DNA of 64,000 nt from a virus (Duplodnaviria; Caudoviricetes): the IMG/VR virus record IMGVR_UViG_3300014695_000002, positions 1 through 64,000 of that record. One strand, given 5' to 3'. The translations under genes were made by a program, and so were the position numbers. Of the stretch, positions 19,297 to 27,950 are shown one piece after another (position 1 is the stretch's first letter; the number at the start of each line of letters is the position of its first letter). The notes under the pieces are model-generated. The model was not told the DNA's origin. It searched no databases and saw nothing but the letters and a program-made list of their open reading frames with translations.

Positions 19297-19501
19297 CTGG
19301 ATTATAAACTATCTCAGAACGCTCGTTCCAACCCCTATTGCATTCGTGAGCGGCAACCCTCAACACGATCTCACTAAAGTTATAGCCATCAACGGCAAGA
19401 ACGTTATCACGGGCAAGTTCTAGCAGTTCTTCTGCATTCAACATATCAAGCTGGTTAAGAGTCATATTATTTCCACCCATCGCGGTTAAACCAAGCTTCA
19501 A
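19271..19501 (-). CDS. hypothetical protein (likely start 19465)
   Basis: Co-oriented ORF. Confidence 0.55.
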   Translation of the reverse strand: MKLGLTAMGGNNMTLNQLDMLNAEELLELARDNVLAVDGYNFSEIVLRVAAHECNRGWNERSEIVYNPVGWEDYDH

Positions 19502-19676
19502 TTTTATCTTGGTGATTTGCTATCAAATAAATAAAAAATAGCATTGTAATTACGCCTGACCAAACAAATAGTAAACCTTTTACAACAGCGCTTGTCGCCA
19601 AGGCAAATAGAATCCAACCTGTTGCAATTACAATTAACGGTAAAACAAATTTCTTAAAGTTAGAGCTGATCATCAT
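19467..19676 (-). CDS. membrane protein
   Basis: Two TM segments. Confidence 0.6.
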   Translation of the reverse strand: MMISSNFKKFVLPLIVIATGWILFALATSAVVKGLLFVWSGVITMLFFIYLIANHQDKIEAWFNRDGWK

Positions 19677-19872
19677 ACCCTCCTTTCATCTCCAAAGCAT
19701 CCACAAGCATCATTGCTCCGTAGATATCAAGTTCGTGTAGTTTAGAATAATTATCAATCATCTTCCGACAAATCTCGAAATGAGATGGGAGCCAGCATGA
19801 GTCAATGTATCTTTTTACAGTTTCAAAATCTTTGTCCATTTTAAGACTCCTGGTAATTTTGATATCTTTCAA
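19660..19872 (-). CDS. hypothetical protein (likely start 19839)
   Basis: GGAG RBS before MDKDF. Confidence 0.55.
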   Translation of the reverse strand: MKDIKITRSLKMDKDFETVKRYIDSCWLPSHFEICRKMIDNYSKLHELDIYGAMMLVDALEMKGGYDDQL

Positions 19873-20454
19873 TCAACGCTTTAGCAATTCTTTGATCAGA
19901 AATTTCTGATGCGTATTTTACAGCTAATTTTAATTTAAAATCAAGCCAAGCTTTGTGTGCCTCTTGGGGACATTCAAAAAGTCCTAAATGTATTTGATTT
20001 TTATTCCCATCAGAGCAATGAGCTAAAAATTTCTTAGTAGGCTTATTATAAGTAACACCAATAGGCCACTCACCTCTAGCTTTCTTACTATCAGTCAAGA
20101 AAATGTTCACTTTCTTTTCTAGAAAACAGCAAGTATCGGGACCGTAGACCTTATTACCTTTTACCAAAAGGTCTTTATCTAACTGTTTACCTTCCCAATC
20201 TTGAGTTTCCATCCACTCTTTAAAGTTGCTCAAGTATAACCAATCTGATACTACGGTGCAACCTCTATGATAAGGAAACTTCTTTTCCCAGCTAGGAGGA
20301 TCGCACCTATACAGCATATCTTTCCATTTACGATAGAATGGGCAGCAAAAACCAGTCTAGGTTTACTACCGCTACGATCAAAAATTTGTGTTTGGTAGTC
20401 TACGTCATTAATACCAACTCCAAAAACTAGTTTATTGCTCATTTCTAATTCCAC
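19841..20454 (-). pseudogene. putative homing endonuclease split by a -1 frameshift (pseudogene or programmed frameshift)
   Basis: Frame 0 MSNKLVFGVGINDVDY...RLVF joins -1 frame CCPFYRKWKDMLYRC...QLDKDLLVKGNKVYGPDTC at G_GTT_TTT (20353-20347). Confidence 0.75.
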
Positions 20455-20456
20455 TC

Positions 20457-20735
20457 CTAAAATCGAATCACAGAACCATTATGGCTGATCTCAATCACGT
20501 TTGCAAGCGAAATCGTACGATACCCTTTAGCATCCATCGAGTAGGTAGGCATGAGGTCTTCCTTCCCAGCACAACGATTCACACCACCTTTGCTATGCTT
20601 GGACACGCCTTGGCGGCAGTTCATCTTGCGAATCGAGCCATCAGTTTTCTTAACAAAGGTTACAGTGTAGAAGTCGTTTTCCACGATGTTCTCAATATAG
20701 CTACGCACTGCTTGGCAATTGCTCATCTCGCTCAC
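20457..20735 (-). CDS. conserved phage hypothetical protein
   Basis: FYTVTFVKKTDGSIRKMNCRQGV..GYRTISL motif. Confidence 0.75.
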   Translation of the reverse strand: MSEMSNCQAVRSYIENIVENDFYTVTFVKKTDGSIRKMNCRQGVSKHSKGGVNRCAGKEDLMPTYSMDAKGYRTISLANVIEISHNGSVIRF

Positions 20736-20857
20736 CTCGTTGGTGTGTTTGCTTTAGATAGGTCTAGATTACTACGATCTGATGAGGATGCAAGAGGTTT
20801 GTTGATTGTGATTTTCTATTAGAAAGGGGTGAGTGATAGCTTTATACTTTTCTTTAG

Positions 20858-21063
20858 GGTGCGCAAGATCACCTTCATCTGCTGCCCATAGCTCCGAACC
20901 AAAAGGGCTCATCACAGCTACAAGCTAGACCTTAGTGAGGGTCTATACAGAATCCAGTATACCTAAGCCTGACAGCTAATCAAGCTTCATGTCCTTTCCC
21001 ATGGAACATGTCATCTCCCTAGATTTAACCCTCTAGGGCCATACAACCTACGACTATCGCAGG
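20858..21063 (-). ncRNA. candidate structured RNA (tandem hairpin array)
   Basis: At least 7 consecutive hairpins, with G-U pairs that form only on the minus strand; no ORF. Confidence 0.5.
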
Positions 21064-21077
21064 AAGCACATCAGTCC

Positions 21078-21106
21078 TTGACATGCTAGAGAAAGCATCG
21101 TACCTT
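21078..21106 (+). promoter_or_regulatory. sigma70-type promoter
   Basis: TTGACA-N17-TACCTT; ATGCT/AGCAT palindrome in spacer. Confidence 0.6.
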
Positions 21107-21109
21107 CTC

Positions 21110-21300
21110 ATTCGGTTGTACAGGTGCCGGGCTCGTTGGGCAGCATCGGAGGTTGCGGCTATTCAGAGCCTCCACTTTGTTTTAAAAGGTCTTGCATCAC
21201 TGATCAGCATCAACTATACTGACCTCAACAAACCAGTTATGGCGGGTTTTGCTTCTACCTGCTAAGGCTGGGGAAACCGTGGTAAACGCCCATGTAAATA
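21110..21300 (+). ncRNA. candidate structured RNA or long 5' leader
   Basis: GGAGGUU/AGCCUCC and GCGGGU/ACCUGC stems with G-U pairs; follows promoter. Confidence 0.4.
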
Positions 21301-21389
21301 ATCCAACATCCATTGTATAACGGAAAGCTCTAATCTGCAACAAATAGATTATTGTTTTCATTGATAGTGATTATTAAGGAGATTGATAA

Positions 21390-22184
21390 ATGCAAATCGT
21401 AAACCTCTACACCCTGAAAGTAGATCGAGTCCCTAGCTACAACCGTGATTGTCTCATACAGACTCGGCTGATGGACATCCGTAATGCTTACCCCATAGAC
21501 AGCGATACGATTATTGATAAGTCAGCTATTGAACACATTGAGATACCTATTCGTAAATACCGCTGGTCAAATGGTAAAGAGGTGTTAGCTGCATTTGATA
21601 GGGAAGTCTTAGAGCTGATCGGCATTGATGAAGAATCTATACAAGCTAAAATTTCTATTGCCACAATGCTCGCTAAAACAAAGCAGCAAGCTTCAGAATC
21701 TAAGCTCAAAGAAATGCTTGACATGAGCTTCTGGCAGCGTATAAAGTGGGCATTCAAAGCACTTAGGAAGAGCTGGATCATGACTCGTATAAACATTTTG
21801 AATCCTGCCGAACTAACTGATCAGCATCTGCTAGCCGAGTGCCGGGAGCTACCCCGCATGTTCACCTACATCGAGCAGCACGGGGACCCCAAGCGTTCTA
21901 TTCCAGCAGTCTATACCCTTGGTGCAGGTCATATGCTGTTCATGGCTAACAAGGCCGAATACATCTTTGGTAGGATGCTTGACCTATTGGCTGAGCATTA
22001 CGACAGAGGTTATAGATTCGATTTTGATCTAGATGAATGGCAAACAAGATTTGACAACCTGCCTGCTTGGTGTAAGAATGATTACACACCAACGGACGAA
22101 GCTTTGGCAATCAATCGTCAGAGAATCGCTGACAGGATTGCAGCTAAGCCAAACTATTATCGGATGAGAGGGAAGCCGTTATGA
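21390..22184 (+). CDS. denV: hypothetical domain fused in-frame to pyrimidine-dimer glycosylase (DenV from 21780)
   Basis: MTRINILNPAELTDQHLLAECRELPRMF..YTLGAGHMLF..INRQRIADRIAAKPNYY; in-frame ATG 21780 with AGGAAG RBS. Confidence 0.85.
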   Translation: MQIVNLYTLKVDRVPSYNRDCLIQTRLMDIRNAYPIDSDTIIDKSAIEHIEIPIRKYRWSNGKEVLAAFDREVLELIGIDEESIQAKISIATMLAKTKQQASESKLKEMLDMSFWQRIKWAFKALRKSWIMTRINILNPAELTDQHLLAECRELPRMFTYIEQHGDPKRSIPAVYTLGAGHMLFMANKAEYIFGRMLDLLAEHYDRGYRFDFDLDEWQTRFDNLPAWCKNDYTPTDEALAINRQRIADRIAAKPNYYRMRGKPL

Positions 22185-22489
22185 GAAATTTCGTAGTAAA
22201 ATTTATGCAGAAAAACAAGATTGAAGACTCGGAACTTGAAGAACTCAAGGAGAAAGCTCGCAAGTGGTATACCCAGGAATGGCTTAAAGCTTGGGAAGAA
22301 ACCAAAGCGAAGTCCCTTAAGATCGGTGATCGTGTTAAGGTTAAAGCTGGTTGCTCCGGTGCTGATGCTTATGCTACTGTGACCTACGTGCAACCTGATT
22401 ACAACACTATTTGGGTTCGGCGGGATCAGGCAGGCAGTGATTGCTTCTACTACGCTGACGAACTGGATAAATTGGAGGATGCGAAATGA
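22181..22489 (+). CDS. hypothetical protein (SH3/KOW-like C-terminus)
   Basis: LKIGDRVKVKAG..ATVTYV. Confidence 0.65.
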   Translation: MRNFVVKFMQKNKIEDSELEELKEKARKWYTQEWLKAWEETKAKSLKIGDRVKVKAGCSGADAYATVTYVQPDYNTIWVRRDQAGSDCFYYADELDKLEDAK

Positions 22490-22719
22490 GTAAGAATGAA
22501 ACAGGCGGTTCAGCTTTTCCTGTAGGATATCCGCATAATGGTGAAGGCATGGACCTTCGTGATTACTTCGCAGCTAAGGCTATGCAAGCTTTGATTGCTA
22601 CTGTAGGTCAGAATGCTAGCCGTGCTGAAGAGGCTGTCTGTGGTGTTGCATATCTGTATGCTGACCAGATGTTGAGACAGCGTGATATGTTTATTTATTA
22701 TGACAATAAAGGGGAATAG
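22486..22719 (+). CDS. conserved phage protein (GGxAFP/GMxLRDYFAAKAMQ family)
   Basis: TGGSAFP..GMDLRDYFAAKAMQALI..AYLYADQML. Confidence 0.85.
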   Translation: MSKNETGGSAFPVGYPHNGEGMDLRDYFAAKAMQALIATVGQNASRAEEAVCGVAYLYADQMLRQRDMFIYYDNKGE

Positions 22720-22721
22720 CC

Positions 22722-22955
22722 ATGAACACCGAAAACCAAACTCGCCTACTCCGTGAGCTAGAATTTCGTATCAACCAAGCTCGACAACCTGAGTTCTTCA
22801 TCATCCGTGATACTCTGCTGAGTGAGCTAAGAGGTTTCATCTCTGCTGTTGCTCATATGCCTGTGTCGGCCGAGCTTTATTCTGATATGTTTGCGCAGTA
22901 TAAGGATTTGGTAAGCTATCTGAAGAGTAGAGAAAATGAACAGTCTAATGACTAA
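22722..22955 (+). CDS. hypothetical protein
   Basis: GGGGA RBS; co-oriented. Confidence 0.65.
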   Translation: MNTENQTRLLRELEFRINQARQPEFFIIRDTLLSELRGFISAVAHMPVSAELYSDMFAQYKDLVSYLKSRENEQSND

Positions 22956-23301
22956 AGCCTACCGCCTGGCCCTGGAGCTTCCAAACGTCAAAGGTCAACA
23001 ACGTGTTAGCTGTCTGATTGTAGACAAGAGGGATAGAATCTTGACGTTTGGTGTGAACGATTACCAAACTACTCACCCTTATCAGAAGAAATTGTCTCAG
23101 AAACTAGGCTTCGACGGCGAAAGAGCATACTTGCATGCAGAAACCTTGGCGTGTCTTCGCTTAAGACCTCACCATAGGCCCTACAAGGCTCTCATTTGCA
23201 GAGTTGGACGACAAGGGGATCTACTCCCCTCCTGTCCCTGCCTAAGCTGTAGAGAGGCTTTTAGACAGCATGGAATAGGTGTTATAGAATGTACGATCTG
23301 A
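22936..23301 (+). CDS. zinc-dependent cytidine/nucleotide deaminase-fold protein
   Basis: LHAE and CPCLSC motifs. Confidence 0.8.
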   Translation: MNSLMTKAYRLALELPNVKGQQRVSCLIVDKRDRILTFGVNDYQTTHPYQKKLSQKLGFDGERAYLHAETLACLRLRPHHRPYKALICRVGRQGDLLPSCPCLSCREAFRQHGIGVIECTI

Positions 23302-23531
23302 AAGATTTGCTAGACACAATTCCAACCAATGACAACGAAGACAGAAAGTGTGCTTATTTAGATTGTCTATCAGCTATTGATTTTCAATCAGAAAATACTA
23401 TGAGAAATTTCCTTGCTACATGGGTTGACATGAAAGCTGAAGAGGTAGATATTCTATCCCAACAGGACGCACAATACCGTGACTTCCTAGTAACCTTCTC
23501 GGAGAAATACCATGACCATTGTAAACTTTGA
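23289..23531 (+). CDS. hypothetical protein
   Basis: Overlapping ORF. Confidence 0.6.
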   Translation: MYDLKDLLDTIPTNDNEDRKCAYLDCLSAIDFQSENTMRNFLATWVDMKAEEVDILSQQDAQYRDFLVTFSEKYHDHCKL

Positions 23532-23688
23532 ATACCTTGGCTACGAAATTGAAGCTGTAATTGTCGAGGAAGATGGCGAAGCTTATTGTGAATCCTACAT
23601 CGCCCGTTGCTTGACTACTGGTGAGATTTCAGAGTATATTCCTAAGCTTGATAAACTGATCGCTAACCGTGCTGTGGACGAGGTGTGA
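23512..23688 (+). CDS. hypothetical acidic protein (58 aa)
   Basis: Hand-translated MTIVNFEYLGYEIEAVIVEEDG...; GGAG RBS. Confidence 0.55.
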   Translation: MTIVNFEYLGYEIEAVIVEEDGEAYCESYIARCLTTGEISEYIPKLDKLIANRAVDEV

Positions 23689-23851
23689 TATGGATAAAGT
23701 AGAAGGGTTGTTTGTTGTGATGTTTTATGAATTTGGTCTGTGTTCAGATATTGTTGGACCTCACTATTATGAAGACGCTGTAGAGGCCTATCACTTAGCA
23801 ACAGCAAAGGGTGAAGAAGTTCGTCTTGCTAAGTTATCATTTCTCGATTAA
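23669..23851 (+). CDS. hypothetical protein (likely start 23690)
   Basis: GAGG RBS. Confidence 0.55.
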   Translation: MLWTRCDMDKVEGLFVVMFYEFGLCSDIVGPHYYEDAVEAYHLATAKGEEVRLAKLSFLD

Positions 23852-23864
23852 GCGGACTAAACGA

Positions 23865-24047
23865 ATGCAATATAGTAACAATTGGAAGACCTCTACTGCT
23901 AACTCCCAACGTATCCTCAAAGACCTAGGCTACACATTCAACAAAACAGACATATGGCAATGCAAAGAAGCTGGCAAGGTGGTAGAGTCGTCCAAGAGTC
24001 TCGGTGATTTGGTGAATAAAGTTGTTAAATCAATTGGAGGAATTTGA
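23865..24047 (+). CDS. hypothetical protein
   Basis: MQYSNNWKT... portion of track ORF 23811..24047. Confidence 0.6.
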   Translation: MQYSNNWKTSTANSQRILKDLGYTFNKTDIWQCKEAGKVVESSKSLGDLVNKVVKSIGGI

Positions 24048-24048
24048 T

Positions 24049-24186
24049 ATGTGTAAAAAGATTGATGAATTGATGGAAGAGAATGCTAAGCTCAAGCAAG
24101 CTCTGTTAGAAGCTACAGATATGTTCCGAAAAATTAACGCCCTCGCCACCCAGCCCGTCGCTGCGCATGGGGAAGAAACCAAATGA
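24049..24186 (+). CDS. hypothetical coiled-coil peptide (45 aa)
   Basis: GGAGG RBS; MCKKIDELMEENAKLKQALL. Confidence 0.5.
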   Translation: MCKKIDELMEENAKLKQALLEATDMFRKINALATQPVAAHGEETK

Positions 24187-24374
24187 CCCGACAATTCACC
24201 TACAAACTCTCCGCCGATGACTTAGAAGATGCTTTACAAATCTTGATTGACGTGAACAGTTTGAATGTAAAGCTATTCAAGCAAGATGGGATGGAAGCTG
24301 ATGCTATTGCAGCTCAAGCGCTTATGGATTTTCAGATACTGCTGTTGGATGAATTGATTGCTAAAGTGAATTAA
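24183..24374 (+). CDS. hypothetical protein
   Basis: ATGA overlap. Confidence 0.6.
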   Translation: MTRQFTYKLSADDLEDALQILIDVNSLNVKLFKQDGMEADAIAAQALMDFQILLLDELIAKVN

Positions 24375-24385
24375 AGGAGATATAA

Positions 24386-24652
24386 GTGAACAAATATGAG
24401 TTCTATTCAACGATTTTAAAAGAGGACTTTCCTGTCAAATATCGTGCAGTAATTGCAGAGCATGATTCTGAACAAAGGAAAAAGATAAATGGTCTAAAAG
24501 TCAAGCTAGGTAGGGCTGTCGATCTCTTGCTTGATGCATCAGAACCAACCGGACCTGTCATCCGTTATGAAGACATCAAGAACCTTTTGCTAGAATATGC
24601 TCAAGGAGATAGCCATGCTGCCTCTAATGTGTCCAAGATGCCACAAGCCTGA
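24386..24652 (+). CDS. hypothetical protein
   Basis: AAGGAG RBS. Confidence 0.6.
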   Translation: MNKYEFYSTILKEDFPVKYRAVIAEHDSEQRKKINGLKVKLGRAVDLLLDASEPTGPVIRYEDIKNLLLEYAQGDSHAASNVSKMPQA

Positions 24653-24715
24653 TGAAGAATGCAGTTGTTGGCCTAGGTTGGTGGTGACTGGTTTGAAATT
24701 TAAATAGGAGGGTGT

Positions 24716-24919
24716 ATGTTGATTCTTAAAGTTACATGGCTATTCTTTACTATATTCGCTGCCGTATTATTTTTAGTGTTCGGGGTCTCGTTTCATTCAG
24801 CCCATCGTCCAAACCTTGGCTGGATTGAGATGGTCGTGAGTTCTTATGTAATGGTCATGATCTGCGGTGTATGGATTTGGGGCAGTGTCCAAGTTATGAA
24901 CTGGGTTTTTGGTGGTTAA
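24716..24919 (+). CDS. membrane protein
   Basis: Two TM segments; AGGAGG RBS. Confidence 0.65.
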   Translation: MLILKVTWLFFTIFAAVLFLVFGVSFHSAHRPNLGWIEMVVSSYVMVMICGVWIWGSVQVMNWVFGG

Positions 24920-24936
24920 AAAGGCGACAAACGGTG

Positions 24937-24965
24937 TTGACAGAGTATTCGGTCTGAGAGATACT
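24937..24965 (+). promoter_or_regulatory. sigma70-type early promoter
   Basis: TTGACA-N17-GATACT. Confidence 0.75.
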
Positions 24966-25014
24966 AGTCACACAGAGCAAGCAGACAGCGGCTCACAAAC
25001 GAAGAGATAGAATC

Positions 25015-25242
25015 ATGCAAATCCTCAAGAAAGAAATTATCATCGACTCGCTGGATGTTATCGTAACTATCAGCTACGTCAAAGACCATGAGCAGTCCTA
25101 CGCTGTAGAAAAGATGGTTCAGATTTACGAAAATAATGCTTACGTTTCGTATGATGAAGAGGCGCTAGAAGATGTGATCAACTTTATGGGCATTGACATG
25201 CTTGATCGGTACGTGAAACAACAACTCAAAGAGGTAGCATGA
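25015..25242 (+). CDS. hypothetical protein
   Basis: Follows promoter and leader ATAGAATCATG. Confidence 0.7.
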   Translation: MQILKKEIIIDSLDVIVTISYVKDHEQSYAVEKMVQIYENNAYVSYDEEALEDVINFMGIDMLDRYVKQQLKEVA

Positions 25243-25454
25243 CATGACTTGCAAACAAGCTTTCGTTAGCAGCTTTGAGCTTTATCAGCAAGGAATTAAA
25301 CACAAGATTTTCAAAATCAATGGTAAGTGGAGTGTAACTGTATGAAGACTGTAAAAGCAAGCAACATGAAATCTTGGGAATACAACGCTGAACGTGATCA
25401 GATTAAGAAGCAGACTAAGCAACTTCGTAATCAGCGTCGGAACCGTAAAGCGAT

Positions 25455-25871
25455 GTGGAGTATTGTAGAATGAGTCTTGCATTAATTGTTTATCTGATCA
25501 ATGTTATTCCTGGAATTGGTTTCTTAGCTTTTGTTCTAGGGTTCTGTTGCGTAGTTGCTGCTGGACTTTCAATCTTCTGGATTGTTTCAGTTCTTGATAG
25601 CTATATGAATACAAATTCAGCGGAGTGTAAGCAAGAGCTAAAACGACCAAAGAAATTTATTAAAAACCTTCTTACCTCGGCAATAGGTCTTTTCTTTGTA
25701 GCTATCGTAATTCCATCTGAAAAGACACTCTACACAATGCTTGCAGCCTACGGTGTTGAGAAGGTAGCGACAAACGAGAAGACTCAGGAGATTTTAGGTA
25801 ACGGTGTTGACATCCTTAACCTTCAGTTACAGAAGTACAAGGAGGAGCTTCTGAAAGAAAAATCAAAATAA
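25455..25871 (+). CDS. membrane protein
   Basis: Multiple TM segments; IPSEKTLYTMLAAY motif. Confidence 0.7.
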   Translation: MEYCRMSLALIVYLINVIPGIGFLAFVLGFCCVVAAGLSIFWIVSVLDSYMNTNSAECKQELKRPKKFIKNLLTSAIGLFFVAIVIPSEKTLYTMLAAYGVEKVATNEKTQEILGNGVDILNLQLQKYKEELLKEKSK

Positions 25872-25875
25872 TCCT

Positions 25876-25914
25876 AGGGAGGGCCTTGACAGGTTCCTCC
25901 CTTTTTCGTATCCT
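25876..25914 (+). promoter_or_regulatory. sigma70 promoter overlapping an intrinsic terminator
   Basis: TTGACA (25886)-N17-TATCCT; -35 lies in loop of AGGGAGG/CCTCCCT+TTTT. Confidence 0.65.
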
Positions 25915-25948
25915 AAACCCATCGAAACCAAACACACTGGTGATTCAG

Positions 25949-26428
25949 ATGGCACGCACCTACGTACAGACCACTTGGAATGACGCTGACAAATTCGCCT
26001 ACAACGGCGCTCAACAGCATTTCAAGCCGAACGGTGCGGCTAACCCTAAAGCCTATGAAGAGAAGCCTGTGGAAAAGAAAGCTAAGAAAGTCAAAGCTCC
26101 TGACTACAGAACTTCGGACCAAAAGCGTGAGGATACCCTAGACAAGAAGCGTGTAGCCTTCGAAAAAGCTTTTGAGAATGGCGATATCACCTTTGATCAA
26201 TACAACCTCTTGCTGACTGAATGGGAAAAAGCTATGTCTCGATTGGAAAAGCGTATGGGAATTACCAAAGAAGAATCCACCTCACCTACTTCTTCCACCA
26301 AACCTTCTATCATGAACGCTGTAGAGGATGCTGCTAAGGGGTTTGCTGCACGTCATCCTTTTGCGTTTCTTGTGACTTCGATTATGGTTGGTGCTGGCGT
26401 GCTGAACATCTTCGGTTTTTGTGCCTAA
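25949..26428 (+). CDS. hypothetical protein with C-terminal TM helix
   Basis: MARTYVQTTW...; track ORF extends through the promoter. Confidence 0.7.
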   Translation: MARTYVQTTWNDADKFAYNGAQQHFKPNGAANPKAYEEKPVEKKAKKVKAPDYRTSDQKREDTLDKKRVAFEKAFENGDITFDQYNLLLTEWEKAMSRLEKRMGITKEESTSPTSSTKPSIMNAVEDAAKGFAARHPFAFLVTSIMVGAGVLNIFGFCA

Positions 26429-26447
26429 AAATATCTGAAAAAAGGTG

Positions 26448-26476
26448 TTGACAGGATGCCTTGAATGCCACATACT
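26448..26476 (+). promoter_or_regulatory. sigma70-type early promoter
   Basis: TTGACA-N17-TATACT. Confidence 0.8.
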
Positions 26477-26527
26477 GATCACAAGCCAGAGGGAATAAGC
26501 CCGAAGGCAAACTTAAGGAATAGAATC

Positions 26528-26707
26528 ATGAACGTCAAACTCGAAGATTTTATGAAAGAAGTTCGTAAGTCGGTCGAATCTTTTGAAAAAGATTGGTTGG
26601 CTAATCACAGAGAAAATCCTGAACACTATCCACTTGAAATCTCAGAAGAGAACGCAGGTGTATGGTATGAGTTTTTGATGGATCATTTGATGAATGATAA
26701 GTCTTGA
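26528..26707 (+). CDS. hypothetical protein
   Basis: AAGGA RBS; ENPEHYPLE..WYE motif. Confidence 0.7.
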   Translation: MNVKLEDFMKEVRKSVESFEKDWLANHRENPEHYPLEISEENAGVWYEFLMDHLMNDKS

Positions 26708-26765
26708 AAGGTAAGATAAACTCAAAGGCACTTTACAGCGAAAAGATAAATCTTCGACAGACAGG

Positions 26766-26954
26766 GTGATTATGAAGACTAAAAAGACCGCACAACAACT
26801 TGCTGCTAACCTAGAATTCCGTGCTGTGCTTGGTGACATGGGACGTAAGCCTGATAAGAACGACACACTTCGTTTGTCTGCTAAGCTTTTACGAGAACAA
26901 GCAGCCAAAATAACTTTGCTTGAGAAATTCATTTCTGATTTAAAATCACTTTGA
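26766..26954 (+). CDS. hypothetical protein
   Basis: Co-oriented ORF. Confidence 0.6.
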   Translation: MIMKTKKTAQQLAANLEFRAVLGDMGRKPDKNDTLRLSAKLLREQAAKITLLEKFISDLKSL

Positions 26955-26977
26955 GGTGAGAGTCTGACGAACGGCTG

Positions 26978-27006
26978 TTGACTACAATGTGTATCCGATA
27001 AATAAT
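26978..27006 (+). promoter_or_regulatory. sigma70-type promoter
   Basis: TTGACT-N17-AATAAT. Confidence 0.6.
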
Positions 27007-27196
27007 GAACCTACCAACCAAGCACACAGGAGTTCAGAAAATGGATGCAGCAAATTCAGAAATTAAAAAGATCAAATTTTGGGTTGAGACTATTGAATTA
27101 CTTATGTCTAAGGGTATGAATCGACAAGATGCCGAAGATCAACTCCTTATCTTTCTTCAAGATTTTAAAGAGGTTGCATATAAAAATGTCAAATAA
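27005..27196 (+). CDS. hypothetical protein (likely start 27041)
   Basis: AGGAG RBS before MDAANS. Confidence 0.6.
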   Translation: MNLPTKHTGVQKMDAANSEIKKIKFWVETIELLMSKGMNRQDAEDQLLIFLQDFKEVAYKNVK

Positions 27197-27455
27197 ACAA
27201 GAGACTCTTGAAATTATCGAGAAAATCTATAACTCTTTAGGTATCAATAAAGAAAATATTGATCAAGAGATAAAGGTATGTTCAAATTGTCCAAGAAAAT
27301 GTATCATTTATAGTAAGTGTGTAATTTGTCTCACAAAAGAATTATCTGAAATTTTAGATAACGATTTTCATGCACAAAGATTTTTACTAGCTGTTAGCGA
27401 ACTAGCTAAAGCTAAAACAACAATTCTATGGCTTGTTTCTGGAAATAAAATATGA
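27186..27455 (+). CDS. hypothetical Cys-containing protein
   Basis: CSNC..C..CVIC; very AT-rich. Confidence 0.55.
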   Translation: MSNKQETLEIIEKIYNSLGINKENIDQEIKVCSNCPRKCIIYSKCVICLTKELSEILDNDFHAQRFLLAVSELAKAKTTILWLVSGNKI

Positions 27456-27742
27456 CCCGCAACAGCAGCAATCTCAGCAAAGACTTTACATTTGCCTTGG
27501 AAGCTTACAAAGCTACAGGCTGCTACCGTGAGTTGTTTTATGTCCGTAAGTTTGCTCAAATGATTCTAGCTGGAAACTACTGAGGAGAAGAGAGATGACT
27601 AAACAACAATGGCTGTCGTGGGTAAAAGAGAATTATGGTTCTTGGCGTAATTGGGCCATGGTGAACGTTGCCCAAAATTGGCGTATCCGAAAGCGTCTTC
27701 CCCATATCACCAAAGCCGCAATTGCTAAAGGTTTGATTGATA

Positions 27743-27949
27743 ATGAACAGTGAAGACAAGCTTTGGGAACTCAATCGTCTCAAGGAATCTAAAAAGAAAG
27801 CATCTGGTCGAGAGATTCTATTCCATTTGATTCTCGTAATTTTGTCAGCAGGATTGTGGCTTGTACCAATGGGGTTGTATTTTGGTTTCAGGAGTCTACA
27901 CAATCAGAGTGTAGATAAGAAGATTAAGAAATTGCTTAAGGAGAAGTGA
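27743..27949 (+). CDS. small membrane protein, paralog of 343..525
   Basis: MNSE..HLILVILSAGLW..NQSVDKKIKKL. Confidence 0.75.
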   Translation: MNSEDKLWELNRLKESKKKASGREILFHLILVILSAGLWLVPMGLYFGFRSLHNQSVDKKIKKLLKEK

Positions 27950-27950
27950 G

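Noticed and set aside
20775-20800. CTGATGAG as a hammerhead core
   Set aside because: No GAAA partner or closing stems nearby
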